Below are positions 20,068 through 30,900 of a stretch of DNA of 64,000 nt, piece by piece. Source of the stretch: an uncultured Acidobacteriota bacterium (GTDB lineage: Bacteria > Acidobacteriota > Thermoanaerobaculia > Gp7-AA8); assembly GCA_963741955.1 (NCBI GenBank), contig CAVUKB010000006.1:224001-288000 (forward strand), given 5' to 3'. Both the position numbers and the translations under genes were made by a program. The notes beneath the pieces were generated by a model. The model searched no databases, was not told the origin of the DNA, and worked only from the letters and a program-made list of their open reading frames with translations. The stretch's first letter is position 1. Each line of letters starts with the position of its first letter.

Positions 20068-21323
20068 GCGCGGTCACCCAACACGACCGTCCGGTCGAGA
20101 GCGGATCTCTCGACGTCGCGAAGATCCGCCGCGACTTCCCGATTCTCGACACCATGGTGAACGGGAAACCGCTCGTCTATCTGGACAACGCGGCGACGAC
20201 CCAGAAACCGCGGCAGGTCATCGAACGAATCGATCGCTTCTACGAGCGGGAAAACTCGAATGTTCATCGCGGCGTCCACTTTCTCAGCGAGACTGCGACT
20301 GCCGCGTACGAAGCCGCTCGCGGCAGCGTCCGCGGGTTCATCAACGCTCGTGCCGACAAGGAGATCGTCTTCACTCGCGGCGCGACCGAGGGGATCAACC
20401 TCGTCGCCTGGAGTTGGGGAAGGAAGAACGTCCGGGAAGGCGACGAGATCGTCATCAGTGAGATCGAGCATCATTCGAACATCGTTCCGTGGCAGATGCT
20501 GTGCGAGTCGACGGGAGCGAAGCTCCGCGTGATTCCGGCAAACGATGCCGGCGAGCTTCGGCTCGACGAGCTCGAGTCGATGCTCAACGAGAAGACGCGT
20601 CTGGTCGGAATCGTGCACATCTCCAACGCCCTCGGGACGGTCAACCCGATCCGCGAAGTGATCGAGATGGCCCACGCCCGCGGAATCAGGGTCCTGGTCG
20701 ACGGGGCACAGGGGATTCCTCATACACCGGTCGACGTCCAGGCACTCGACGCCGATTTCTACGTCTTTTCCGGGCACAAAGTGTTCGGCCCGACCGGCAT
20801 CGGGGTGCTTTACGGGAAGGGCGAGATTCTCGACGCCATGCCTCCGTACCAGGGCGGCGGCGACATGATTCTCTCCGTCACATTCGAGAAGACGCTCTAC
20901 AACATTCCTCCATACCGGTTCGAAGCAGGGACCCCGAACATCGCCGGAGCGGTCGGACTCGCCGCAGCGCTCGACTGGCTCAGCGCGATCGGACTGGAGA
21001 AGGTCGCGCACCACGAGCGGAGATTGCTCGACTACGCGACGCACCGGCTCGAGTCCGTCCCCGCTCTGCGCATCATCGGAACCGCCGCGGATAAGGCGAG
21101 CGTCATCTCGTTCGTCGTCGAGGGCGTCCATCCTCACGATCTCGGAACCATCGTCGATCGCGAGGGGGTCGCCATCCGGACCGGCCACCACTGCGCTCAG
21201 CCGGTCATGCTTCGCTACGGAGTTCCTGCCACTGCACGCGCGTCGTTCTCGCTCTACAACACCATCGAGGAGATCGACGTGCTCGAAGCGGCCGTCCGCA
21301 AGGCCATCGAGGTGTTTCGCTGA
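20064..21323 (+). CDS. sufS: Cysteine desulfurase SufS
   Basis: YLDNAATTQKP, EHHSN, FSGHK (PLP Lys), RTGHHCAQP. ATG 20064 overlaps the sufD stop. Confidence 0.97.
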   Translation: MSAVTQHDRPVESGSLDVAKIRRDFPILDTMVNGKPLVYLDNAATTQKPRQVIERIDRFYERENSNVHRGVHFLSETATAAYEAARGSVRGFINARADKEIVFTRGATEGINLVAWSWGRKNVREGDEIVISEIEHHSNIVPWQMLCESTGAKLRVIPANDAGELRLDELESMLNEKTRLVGIVHISNALGTVNPIREVIEMAHARGIRVLVDGAQGIPHTPVDVQALDADFYVFSGHKVFGPTGIGVLYGKGEILDAMPPYQGGGDMILSVTFEKTLYNIPPYRFEAGTPNIAGAVGLAAALDWLSAIGLEKVAHHERRLLDYATHRLESVPALRIIGTAADKASVISFVVEGVHPHDLGTIVDREGVAIRTGHHCAQPVMLRYGVPATARASFSLYNTIEEIDVLEAAVRKAIEVFR

Positions 21324-21769
21324 TGTCGGATTTGAGAGAGCTCTACCAGGAGATCATCCTGGACCACAACCGCAATCCCCGGAACTTCGGCCGACTCGAT
21401 CCGGCCGACCGGACCATCGAGGGCTTCAATCCTCTCTGCGGCGACCACTACACCGTGACCATGAACATGGAAGGCGATCGGATCACTGCGGTGAGATTCG
21501 AAGGGAGCGGGTGCGCCATCTCCAAGGCCTCTGCCTCGGTGATGACCGCCATGGTGCAGGGGAAACGAACAGACGAGGCCGAGCATCTCTTCGAAGAGTT
21601 CCGCCGCATGGTCACCGGAGAAAAACCGCCGGACGATCTGGAGAAGCTCGGAAAACTCGCGGCGTTCTCAGGTGTCTCCGAGTTTCCATCGCGCGTGAAG
21701 TGCGCCATCCTCGCCTGGCACGCGATGTCGAGCGCTCTCCACGGGGAGCAGAAAGTAACCACGGAGTAA
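21323..21769 (+). CDS. sufU: SUF system NifU-like protein SufU
   Basis: LYQEIILDH, NPLCGD, GCAISKASAS, RVKCA. Confidence 0.96.
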   Translation: MSDLRELYQEIILDHNRNPRNFGRLDPADRTIEGFNPLCGDHYTVTMNMEGDRITAVRFEGSGCAISKASASVMTAMVQGKRTDEAEHLFEEFRRMVTGEKPPDDLEKLGKLAAFSGVSEFPSRVKCAILAWHAMSSALHGEQKVTTE

Positions 21770-21788
21770 CTCATCTTGGGGGAAACGT

Positions 21789-22334
21789 ATGCCTGAACAG
21801 GTCACTTTCAGCCGCTCCGCGGCTGCCATCACCATTCCGAGCGGTGAGCCGGTCTCGATACCGGAGGGAACTCACGCGACGATCACTCAATCGCTCGGAG
21901 GGGCTTACACCGTGATCACCGATCACGGAATGATGGTGCGTCTTTCGGGAGCCGAGGTCGAGGCGATCGGAAAAGAGCCGAGCGAGGAGATCAAGGTCGA
22001 AGGTGAAGTGACGAAGGAAAAGCTCGAGGAGATGGTGTGGGAGCAGCTCCGAACCTGCTACGACCCGGAGATCCCGGTGAACATCGTCGATCTCGGTCTG
22101 GTCTACATGAACGAGGTCACTCCGGAGGAGGGCGGCGGGTTCAAGGTCGAGATCAAGATGACTCTGACCGCGCCGGGCTGCGGCATGGGGCCGGTCCTCG
22201 CGGCCGACGTCGAGGGGAAACTGCGCACTCTCCCGGCGGTGAAGGACGTCAGCGTCGCAGTGGTGTTCGATCCGGTCTGGGACCGGAGCATGATGTCGGA
22301 AGCAGCGAAGCTTCAGCTCGGCATGTACTGGTGA
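21789..22334 (+). CDS. sufT: Fe-S assembly protein SufT (DUF59)
   Basis: ITQSLGGAYT, CYDPEIPVNIVDLGLVY, TLTAPGCGMG, MMSEAAKLQLG. Confidence 0.95.
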   Translation: MPEQVTFSRSAAAITIPSGEPVSIPEGTHATITQSLGGAYTVITDHGMMVRLSGAEVEAIGKEPSEEIKVEGEVTKEKLEEMVWEQLRTCYDPEIPVNIVDLGLVYMNEVTPEEGGGFKVEIKMTLTAPGCGMGPVLAADVEGKLRTLPAVKDVSVAVVFDPVWDRSMMSEAAKLQLGMYW

Positions 22335-22343
22335 GAATGGTGT

Positions 22344-22418
22344 AGCCCGCATTTCTCACACCGTCTCGACGCGAGGAGGCGGAGAGCGGCCTGGATACAA
22401 GGCGCGCGCAGTTTCGGC
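22344..22418 (+). mobile_element. Truncated (left-arm) copy of dispersed hairpin element family A
   Basis: AGCCCGCATTTCTCACACCGTCTCGACGCGAGGAGGCGGAGAGCGGCCTGGATACAAGGCGCGCGCAGTTTCGGC matches the 5' part of 34128-34308. Confidence 0.8.
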
Positions 22419-22466
22419 TTTCGCAGTAGGACAGTTTCTGCCGCGCAGACTCCCAGGGTCAAACTG

Positions 22467-22497
22467 AAAAAGGCGCCCGCGAGCGGGCGCCTTTCTT
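22467..22497. terminator. Bidirectional intrinsic terminator
   Basis: AAAAAGGCGCCCG-CGAG-CGGGCGCCTTTCTT between convergent genes. Confidence 0.8.
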
Positions 22498-22519
22498 GCG
22501 GAATCGCGTCGCCGCGTTC

Positions 22520-22885
22520 CTACCGGTGGTCCTTGAAGAACGTCCAGTGTGCGACGGGGAAGCCCGCCTGAAGCTGCTGAGCCTGCATCATCCCGTCGAT
22601 CGCGGCGAAGATCGCCACCGCACCCGAGGCGAGCCCACAGGTCAGAGGCATCCCGGCGATCCAGATCACCAGAGCCGCAGCCCCTTTCTGCCACTGTCCC
22701 ATGATCAGGTACCCGACGCCGCCCAGAAAGAGATTGAGCAGCAACACGATGGTCGGGTCCTTCGGGGGCGTGGAGGGGTAGACCAGCTCGCCCTGTGGAG
22801 CTCCACCCCCCGTCCCTCCTCCGCTGGGCGGAGTCGGCGGTGGTGGTGGCGGCGTGTAGCTTCCTCCCGGAGTGTTCGTATCCAT
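22520..22885 (-). CDS. Small membrane protein (TM2-like) with Pro-rich N-terminus
   Basis: KDPTIVLLLNLFLGGVGYLIMGQWQKG followed by two hydrophobic segments. Confidence 0.75.
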   Translation of the reverse strand: MDTNTPGGSYTPPPPPPTPPSGGGTGGGAPQGELVYPSTPPKDPTIVLLLNLFLGGVGYLIMGQWQKGAAALVIWIAGMPLTCGLASGAVAIFAAIDGMMQAQQLQAGFPVAHWTFFKDHR

Positions 22886-22895
22886 GTGAATCTCC

Positions 22896-23333
22896 TTACA
22901 TTTTGTCCGCGAAATCGCTGACGACGGGGAGCCGGAACCGTTCTCCCTTCGTGGCCTTCACGATTCCCATGATGATCACGACGAGGTATCCGATTCCGAC
23001 GATGCAATTGATGAACCCGAGTGCTGCGCCGATGACGCAGCCGGAACGGAACACCCACTCGAGGATCCAGAGAACGATCATCACCACGAAGTACGCGATG
23101 AACATCGCGAGACCGTTCTTCGCGTGCCATTGAACTTCGCGGTCGTCTTTCCGGACCAGGAGTGGAATCAGCGCCAGAATCCCGAGGTACGAGAGAACCA
23201 GCATCAGTGTCCGGTCGGATGACCCCGAGCTTCCCGGGGGCGGAGGCGGCGGTGGAGGTGGCGGTGCATACGAACCTCCGGATGGTGGTGGCGGAGTGCC
23301 GGGCGGCACATTCGGCGGAGGCATCTCGCTCAT
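22896..23333 (-). CDS. DUF4870-like membrane protein with Pro-rich N-terminus
   Basis: LSYLGILALIPLL..VQWHAKNGL..GIVKATKGERFRLPVV; RBS AAGGAG. Confidence 0.8.
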   Translation of the reverse strand: MSEMPPPNVPPGTPPPPSGGSYAPPPPPPPPPPGSSGSSDRTLMLVLSYLGILALIPLLVRKDDREVQWHAKNGLAMFIAYFVVMIVLWILEWVFRSGCVIGAALGFINCIVGIGYLVVIIMGIVKATKGERFRLPVVSDFADKM

Positions 23334-23382
23334 CGAATTCTCCTTCTGTTGTTTGATTGCTCGAGAAAGACTAACACGTTTG

Positions 23383-25047
23383 TCATGCGCGTCGAAGTGC
23401 GGCGAGCCGCCGCTCCGCGATACGCAAAGGTAAGACCGTCAGAACGGCCGAGGTAGTGACCCCGATCACGATCGGAGCGATTCCGACGATCCAGCGGGTC
23501 TGGCCGTCCCCACCGAATATCATGTGGATCAGAAACCGCTGCACCGGGCGCGCGAAGAGAAACATCATCAGCCCGACATACAGCATCGACACGGCCATGT
23601 AGGCCAGCCCTCCCAGCGAGAGCGCGACCTCGAGGGGATTCTCGGTCCTGAAATCGGGCGACCATCCTCCCATCCCGACCCCCAGCGCAACCAGCGCCAG
23701 AGTGATCAGCGTCCCCCCCGCGAGGGTCAGGATCCAGACCTCCCTCGAGGCTCCGAGCATCGCATTCGTCAGGACCGTCAGGATCAGCATCACCAGCAGA
23801 AGAGGAGTGGTGTAGACGATGGTTTTCGCGAGCAGGATCCGCCGGAAATGCAGTGGGGCGCTGGCGAGAATCCAGAACTGCTTCCCTTCCGCCGACATCG
23901 AGGGATACGCGAAGCGGAGACAGATCGCAGAAACGACGAATCCGGACATTCCAACGTTCAGGTACGCGAGAAGGACCGCGCGCGCATCGCCCGCCACCGG
24001 GATCATCCGGATGTTGTAGAGATAGAGGAAGAGGAGCGCGACCATCATGAACAGCTGCGACCACTGCGCCGCGTCGCGGGTGACGACCCGCGCCTCCTTT
24101 CCGATCATCGCGCGCAGGGGAGGAGAGAGCGGACCGACCACCCGGTCGAGCAGCCGCACCATCGCACCGGAACCGATCGCCACCGGTGCCGAGCTCTCTC
24201 TGGCTCGTACGAATGCGGTGAAATAGATCGATCTCCCGACACCGAAGTAGAGCGCGAAAGCGACTCCCGCCAGCAGGACGATTCCCAGCATCTCCTGCCA
24301 GCGGAACACCCCGTCCGCGCCACCCACCATCGCACCTGCGATCCAGCTGCTCGGAATGTATTGCGACGACGGCAGACGGATCGCACGCAGGATGGCGATC
24401 ATGTCGTCGGTCTGGATGTCCGCGAACAGCCGCTCCGGACGGGCGAGCCGGATCCCGACGATCACCAGGGTGACGAAAAGGATCCCGAGCGTCGCCGCGA
24501 TCTGGTGCACCCTCCGCACCGGAAAGAGCCGCACCAGCAGCACGACCACCAGCGCTCCGATCGAGACCGGAACCGTGAGGAGGAGAAGGAAGGCCACGAT
24601 CGAGACCGCCAGGAATCGTGCCGCGATGTGGTACTGAAGAGCGAAGGCGATGAACATCGGCAGGAGGAACGCGACCACCACCCATGCACTCTGCACGAAG
24701 GTCTTGACCCATCTCGCCAAGAGGATCCGCGTCCGCGGTCGTGGCGACGAATGGTACAGCTCGAGGTCGAGGTCCGAGAACAGCGCTCCGATGGCACTCG
24801 TCGCGGAGGATGAAAAAAGCACCATCAGGGCGACCAGAAACACCATCCCCAGGAAGTTCTCCAGCAGCCCGAGGGCGAAGAACGGGGTCAGGCGCTCGAT
24901 ATTCGCCGCCGCACGGAAGAGGCGCCGGAAGACGACGAAGTCGCCGTAGAGGAACGCTCCGAAGAGCAGCGACACGATCACGAAGCGTCCGAGAAGCGCC
25001 GCGTTGACCGGGCGAGCTCGCGCGAGCGCGATCCGAAGAGCCCACAT
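23383..25047 (-). CDS. Putative ABC-2 type transporter permease
   Basis: About 14 TM segments, DLDLELYHSSP, KEARVVTRD, SAEGKQFWILASAP. Confidence 0.8.
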   Translation of the reverse strand: MWALRIALARARPVNAALLGRFVIVSLLFGAFLYGDFVVFRRLFRAAANIERLTPFFALGLLENFLGMVFLVALMVLFSSSATSAIGALFSDLDLELYHSSPRPRTRILLARWVKTFVQSAWVVVAFLLPMFIAFALQYHIAARFLAVSIVAFLLLLTVPVSIGALVVVLLVRLFPVRRVHQIAATLGILFVTLVIVGIRLARPERLFADIQTDDMIAILRAIRLPSSQYIPSSWIAGAMVGGADGVFRWQEMLGIVLLAGVAFALYFGVGRSIYFTAFVRARESSAPVAIGSGAMVRLLDRVVGPLSPPLRAMIGKEARVVTRDAAQWSQLFMMVALLFLYLYNIRMIPVAGDARAVLLAYLNVGMSGFVVSAICLRFAYPSMSAEGKQFWILASAPLHFRRILLAKTIVYTTPLLLVMLILTVLTNAMLGASREVWILTLAGGTLITLALVALGVGMGGWSPDFRTENPLEVALSLGGLAYMAVSMLYVGLMMFLFARPVQRFLIHMIFGGDGQTRWIVGIAPIVIGVTTSAVLTVLPLRIAERRLAALRRA

Positions 25048-25363
25048 GGATGAAGATAGTGTAGCGCGGAGGGATGACTGCTGGTGCGAAGATTCGTTCG
25101 GGGGTTCCGAGCTTCATGAGGCCGCTCTCGTGGCCGAACTTTCAAGGACCACCATCCGTCATGCGGACCATCGATCCATCGACCCTCGCAGGTCGATCCG
25201 CGAATCCGGGCTCCAGAAGTTTGGTAAACCACCACTCACTACCAGACTCTTGCGCCCGCGCTGCGAAAACGATCTTCCCATCGGCAGACGAAGATCTCGC
25301 ACCTCGACCCCGCATCCTCGAGAGTTCTGCCTCGAGGCTCGAATCACCTGAACGGTGTTCGTC

Positions 25364-25834
25364 CTATTTCAGTTCCGCATAACCGCCCCGGAAGTAGATC
25401 AGCGGATCTCCCTCTTCGATCTCGGCGTGCACCACTTCGCCCACCACGATGCTGTGGTCGCCGCCATCGAATCGGTCGTGAACGCGGCATTCGATCCGGG
25501 CGAGAGCGCCGTCGAGCAGCGGCGCACCGAGCGTCCCCGGATGGGTGGCGATCCCTTCGAACTTCTCGTCCCCACGCGACGCGAAACGCCGTGAATGGAG
25601 ATCCTGATCCGCGCTCAGAACATTGACCGCGAAGTTCGCCGCCGACGTGATCACCGGATGCAGGCTTGCGTCTTTGTCGATGCAGATCAGCACCAGGGGC
25701 GGCTCCAGAGAGAGAGAACAGAATGCGCTGACCGTCATCCCGTGCCGGACACCCTCCGCCTCGGTCGTCACCACCGTCACTCCGCTCGCGAAATGTCCAA
25801 GTGCCTGTCGGAACCGTGCCGGATCCATCACCAT
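25364..25834 (-). CDS. Flavin reductase family protein
   Basis: FRQALGHFASGVTVVT, SLSLEPPLV, FAVNVL, GDHSIVVGEV, PLIYFRG. Confidence 0.93.
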   Translation of the reverse strand: MVMDPARFRQALGHFASGVTVVTTEAEGVRHGMTVSAFCSLSLEPPLVLICIDKDASLHPVITSAANFAVNVLSADQDLHSRRFASRGDEKFEGIATHPGTLGAPLLDGALARIECRVHDRFDGGDHSIVVGEVVHAEIEEGDPLIYFRGGYAELK

Positions 25835-25934
25835 GCAGTCGGCCTCCCTGGTCTTCGACCCTCCCCGGATCATATCAGCAGCATTTCAAACCTTCCGCGC
25901 CGTCCGACGTATGTCCGGAGGAGGAGGATCACGC

Positions 25935-26903
25935 ATGCGGAATCTGAAGATCAGCACTCTGGCAGCCGCGGCGATTCTGGCCGCCGGACTGGTACATGCC
26001 TCGACGAGCGAGACCGTTCGACGCTCGTTCAACGTCGGCGACGGGGGAACCCTCACCATCCGGACCGATCTCGGAAGCATCGAAGTCAATCCCGTGGCCG
26101 GCCATCAGCTCTCGATCGAGGTGAGGAAGGAATCCAGACGGAGTGACGCTAAGGAGGATCTGGCGAATTTCCAGCTCGAATTCTCACAACACGGAAATGA
26201 CGTGATGGTGAAGGGAGACCGTCACGATTCGCACCTTTTCGACTGGGGCAACGGCCTTCGGGTCCACTACGTCGTCACCGTTCCGGCGCGATACAACGTC
26301 GATCTCGACACATCCGGCGGCAGCATCGAAGTCGGAGATCTCACCGGCTCGGTCAAACTCGACACGTCGGGTGGCAGCCTCCGGATCGGACGGATCGATG
26401 GGCCCGTCGACGGACACACTTCGGGCGGCAGCATCGAAGTCACCACCGCGCTCCGCGACGTCCGGATCACGACCTCCGGAGGGCACATCCGGATCGGCAA
26501 CGCCGGAGGCGTCGTCGTGGCGAAGACGTCCGGAGGATCCATCTCCGTCGGTCAGGTTTCCGGCGACGTCACGCTTCGGACTTCGGGTGGTGGAATCGAG
26601 ATCGAGTCGGTGAGCGGTAAGGTTCACGCGAATACCTCGGGAGGAAGCGTCCGCGCGTCGATCCGCTCGCTCAGCGGCGACTCCGAGCTGTCGACCTCCG
26701 GCGGGAGCGTCACCGTGCGCGTCGCTCAGAGCCTGGCTGCCGACGTGGAGGCGTCGACCAGCGCCGGCCGCGTCAACTCCGATCTGCCGATCACCGTGCA
26801 GGGCGAGATCAGTAAATCCCATCTCACCGGGACCATCAATGGAGGCGGGCCGAAACTGATCCTCCACTCCTCTGCGGGAAGCGTCAACATCGAGAAGATG
26901 TAG
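25935..26903 (+). CDS. DUF4097 family beta-strand repeat protein, secreted
   Basis: Signal peptide and many TSGGSI repeats; RBS GGAGGAGG. Confidence 0.88.
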   Translation: MRNLKISTLAAAAILAAGLVHASTSETVRRSFNVGDGGTLTIRTDLGSIEVNPVAGHQLSIEVRKESRRSDAKEDLANFQLEFSQHGNDVMVKGDRHDSHLFDWGNGLRVHYVVTVPARYNVDLDTSGGSIEVGDLTGSVKLDTSGGSLRIGRIDGPVDGHTSGGSIEVTTALRDVRITTSGGHIRIGNAGGVVVAKTSGGSISVGQVSGDVTLRTSGGGIEIESVSGKVHANTSGGSVRASIRSLSGDSELSTSGGSVTVRVAQSLAADVEASTSAGRVNSDLPITVQGEISKSHLTGTINGGGPKLILHSSAGSVNIEKM

Positions 26904-26919
26904 AGAGGCATCTGAGATC

Positions 26920-27024
26920 GAGGATCGTGGATCGTGGATCGAGAATCGAGAATCGAGGACCCGGAATCGAGAACCGTGGACCCGGAATCGAGAACCGAGA
27001 ACCGAGGACCCGGAACCGGGAATC
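26920..27024. repeat. Heptamer tandem tract (GAGAATC/GAGGATC/GAGAACC-like x15)
   Basis: Strict 7-bp period over 105 bp downstream of the DUF4097 stop codon. Confidence 0.9.
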
Positions 27025-27146
27025 GCGGTTCTGATCGCGAGATCCTCGGCCGTCGCTCGTTGCGGCATACGCGAAATGCGCGTGAGTGAGGAAGGTGCGA
27101 GGTCACGCTCCTCCGGAGCAGCAGTCGCGGAGCGGCGCGATCGGGG

Positions 27147-27169
27147 GCGGGTCAGACGATCCGCACCCC
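27147..27169. repeat. Degenerate solo copy of the array REP
   Basis: GCGGGTCAGACGATCCGCACCCC versus GCGGATCAGAGGATCCGCACCCC. Confidence 0.6.
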
Positions 27170-27205
27170 GGCCGCCGACCCGCTCGGTTCTTCGCGCGAG
27201 CCGCC

Positions 27206-27796
27206 TCAGCCCCGCAACTCGGGACGCGCCTCGGCGCCCGGCTGTTTCCGCTCGCGCAGTTCGCCGAACAGCCGCACCATCTCCCGGTTGAACGCCGGAA
27301 TGTCGTCCGGTTTCCGGCTGCTGACCCAGTTCCGATCCCGGATCACCTCGCGGTCCTGCCACGTCGCACCGGCATTGCGAAGATCGTCCTGCAGCGTCGG
27401 CCAGCTCGTCAGTGTCCGTCCCTTCACCACTCCGGCCGAGACGAGCAGCCAGGAACCGTGGCAGATCACCGCGATGGGGCGGTTGTTGCGGTCCATGAAC
27501 CGGACGATCTCCTGAGCCCGATCTTCCATCCGGAGGTTGTCCGCGTTGAAGACCCCGCCCGGAAGGAGGACCGCGTCGAAGTCCTCCGGGCGGGCATCGA
27601 CGAGACGGATGTCCACATCGAACTCATCGCCTTTCTCGTCGTGATGAAATCCGCGGACCTTCCCTTCCTTCGGCGAGACGACGAACGTCTTCGCGCCGGC
27701 GTCGTCGAGCGCCTTTCGGGGCCTGGTCATCTCCACTTGTTCGAACCCTTCCGTCACCAGAATGGCGACCCGGATTCCCTTCAGATCATCAGCCAT
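27206..27796 (-). CDS. PfpI/DJ-1 family (YhbO-like) protease/deglycase
   Basis: VAILVTEGFEQVE, LPGG, ICHG nucleophile, SSRKPDDIPAF. Confidence 0.93.
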   Translation of the reverse strand: MADDLKGIRVAILVTEGFEQVEMTRPRKALDDAGAKTFVVSPKEGKVRGFHHDEKGDEFDVDIRLVDARPEDFDAVLLPGGVFNADNLRMEDRAQEIVRFMDRNNRPIAVICHGSWLLVSAGVVKGRTLTSWPTLQDDLRNAGATWQDREVIRDRNWVSSRKPDDIPAFNREMVRLFGELRERKQPGAEARPELRG

Positions 27797-27940
27797 CTCA
27801 TTACCTCCTCGACTGGAATTCAAATGTGATGCGTTGCAATCTCCGCGCAGAAACCGCGTGCCCGAGGCCGCCGAAAAGAGCCTCCGCCGGCCGATGGGGA
27901 TAGAATCTCCGCCGCGAATCAATTCGATCGAGGAGGTTCC

Positions 27941-30900
27941 ATGCGACGTCTCATCACTCTCCTTTCCGCCGTTCTCGCACTCACGGCGATCTCCGCCGGA
28001 GCTCAGGTCGATTCGGAGCTTCTCGCCGGGATGAAAGCCCGCGCGATCGGTCCCGCAACCATGAGTGGACGGATCGCAGCGATCGAGGGGGTCGATTCGG
28101 ACTCTCACATCGTCTATGTGGGAGCCGCCACCGGCGGCGTGTGGAAGTCGGTCGACGGCGGTCTCACCTGGAATCCGATCTTCGACGATCAGCCGGTGCA
28201 TGCGATCGGCGCGATCGCGGTCTATCAGAAGAGCCCGGACATCGTGTGGGTCGGAACGGGGGAATCGAACGTCCGCAACAGCGTCTCGGTCGGCAACGGA
28301 ATGTACCGATCGATCGACGGAGGGAAGCACTGGACGCACGTGGGGCTGGACAAGACCGAGCACATCGGCCGCATCGCCCTCGATCCGGACGATCCCAACG
28401 TCGCGTGGGCCGCAGCACTCGGGCAGGAGTGGGGCTACAACTCCGAGCGCGGGGTTTACAAGACCACCGACGGAGGAAAGACGTGGCGGAAGGTTCTCTA
28501 CGTCGACCAGAAGACCGGCGCGTTCGACCTCGCCATCGATCCGTCGAACCCGAACCACCTCGTGGCGAGCATGTGGGAGTTCCGCCGCTGGCCATGGTTC
28601 TTCCAGTCCGGAGGTCCGGGGTCAGGTCTTTACGTCAGCTGGGACGGCGGTGAGTCGTGGAAACGGATGACCGTCGAAGACGGGATGCCGAAGGGAATCC
28701 TCGGGAAGATCGGCGTCGACTTCTCCCGGTCGAATCCCAACATCGTCTACGCGCTGGTCGAAGCGGAGAAGAGCGTCCTCCTTCGTTCCGATGACGGCGG
28801 AAAGAGCTGGAAGACGGCGAACGCGAAGTGGGATATCGACCCGCGGCCATTCTACTTCGGCGACATCGCAGTGGATCCGAAGGATCCGAACCGGCTGTAC
28901 AACCTCTGGACCATGGTTTCGTACTCCGAAGACGGAGGAAAGAACTTCGAAGTCCTGATCCCCTATCGGAAGATCCATCCGGATCACCATGCAATGTGGA
29001 TCGACCCGAACGACCCGACCCACATCTGGGACGGCAATGACGGCGGCGTGGCCGAGAGCCGCGACCATGGGAAGACGTGGCGTTACGTCTCCAACCTTCC
29101 GCTCGGACAGTACTACCACATCAGTTACGACATGGACCGCCCCTACCACATCTACGGAGGAATGCAGGACAACGGCTCGTGGAAGGGACCGGAGGCGGTC
29201 TGGCACAGCGGCGGTATCCGCAACTGGGACTGGCAGGAAGTCGGCTTCGGCGATGGGTTCGGAACCCTCGGCCTCTCCAGCGACTCCAGCATCGGTTACG
29301 CGATGAGCCAGGAAGGCTACATCCTCCGCTGGAACCTGAAGACCGGCGAACGGAAGGACATCCGTCCCGCCGGACCTCCCGGTGTCGATCTCCGCTTCAA
29401 CTGGAACGCCGGAATCGCCGCCGACCCGTTCGACCCGAACGGCTTCTACTTCGGGAGCCAGTTTCTGCACCACACCTCGGATCGAGGTGAGACATGGCAG
29501 ATCATCAGTCCCGATCTGACCACCAACAATCACGACTGGCAGCATCAGGACAGAAGTGGAGGCCTGACCCCTGACGCGTCCGGAGCGGAGAACTACACCA
29601 CCATCATCTCCATCGCACCGAGCCCGGTTCAGAAGGGAGTGGTGTGGGTGGGGACCGACGACGGGCGGCTCCAGATCACTCGAGACGGCGGTGCCACCTG
29701 GGCCAGCGTCGAGGCGAACGTCAAAGGAGTTCCGAAGAACACCTGGATTCCTCACATCCAGGCATCGAACAGCGATGCAGGAACGGCCTGGGTCGTGTTC
29801 GACAACCATCGCCGCTCCGACTGGACGCCGTACGTCTACCAGACCACCGACTTCGGCCGGAGCTGGAAGAGCCTGGTCACACCGGACATTCGCGGATACG
29901 CGCTGACCCTGGTGCAGGATCCCGGCGACCCGAACCTTCTCTTCCTCGGCACCGAGTTCGGGCTCTGGTTCTCCAATGATGGGGGGAAGGCTTGGGTACC
30001 TTTCAAGGCGGGTCTCCCCACCGCCTCGGTGATGGCGCTCGCGGTTCATCCGCGCGACGAAGACCTGATCGTCGCGACGCATGGCCGCTCTGCGTACATC
30101 GTGGACGACATCCGGCCGCTTCGCGAGGTTTCCAGGACGCTGCTCTCCGAACCGCTTCACATCTTCAGCGTCCCCGAAGCGCAGCAGTACCGCGTGGCAC
30201 AACCGCGCGGCGAACGCTTTGCCGGAGACGGCGAATTCCGCGGCGAGAACAAACCGTACGGCGCGATGATCACCTACTCCCTCGCCGATTCGACTCTTCC
30301 GTATCCGAAGGAAGAGATCGAGCGCGAGAGGAAGGAGAAGGAGCGCCAGGCGAAACTGAAGGAGCCGGTGAACGAGAACGGCATCCCACAGCAGATCCTC
30401 GACCTCCCGAAGGAGCCGAAGGCTTCACAGGCCGTGGCCGAGGAGACGAAAGCCACTGAGCCGACGAAACAGGAGCCGGGCGAAGCGAAAAAGGAAGAGA
30501 AACCGAAGGTCGAAGTCACGGTGACCGACGCGAACGGGAACGTGATCCGCCATTTCAAGGCTCCCGCAGTCCAGGGGATCAACCGCGCGACATGGGACCT
30601 GCACCGCGACGCTTTCCGCCAGCCTCCCCGTGAGGAGAACTCCGAAGAGGACTTCCGCCCACGGACCGGCCCGGAGATCATCCCCGGCACGTATACGGTC
30701 ACATTGAAGTACAAGGACCATACGGCATCGCAGAAGGTCGTCGTCGCGGCCGATCCGCGGTTCGACATCGCTCCCGACGTCCGGCAGGCAAAATACGATG
30801 CGATCATGCGCGCCGGCGCACTCCAGGAGACAGCGACCGATGCGATCGCTGCACTCAATCGAGCGGAAACGGATGTCGATTCCGTCCTCGGGGTCCTGAA

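Noticed and set aside
23330-25117. 595-aa ORF and similar long Arg/Pro-rich ORFs (28622-30202, 48144-49925, 57121-59550)
   Set aside because: Alternative-frame or antisense shadows of well-supported genes, as expected at high GC.
27832-27842. CRP/FNR-type site around AAATGTGATGCGTTGCAATCT upstream of pfpI
   Set aside because: Only one half-site matches the consensus.
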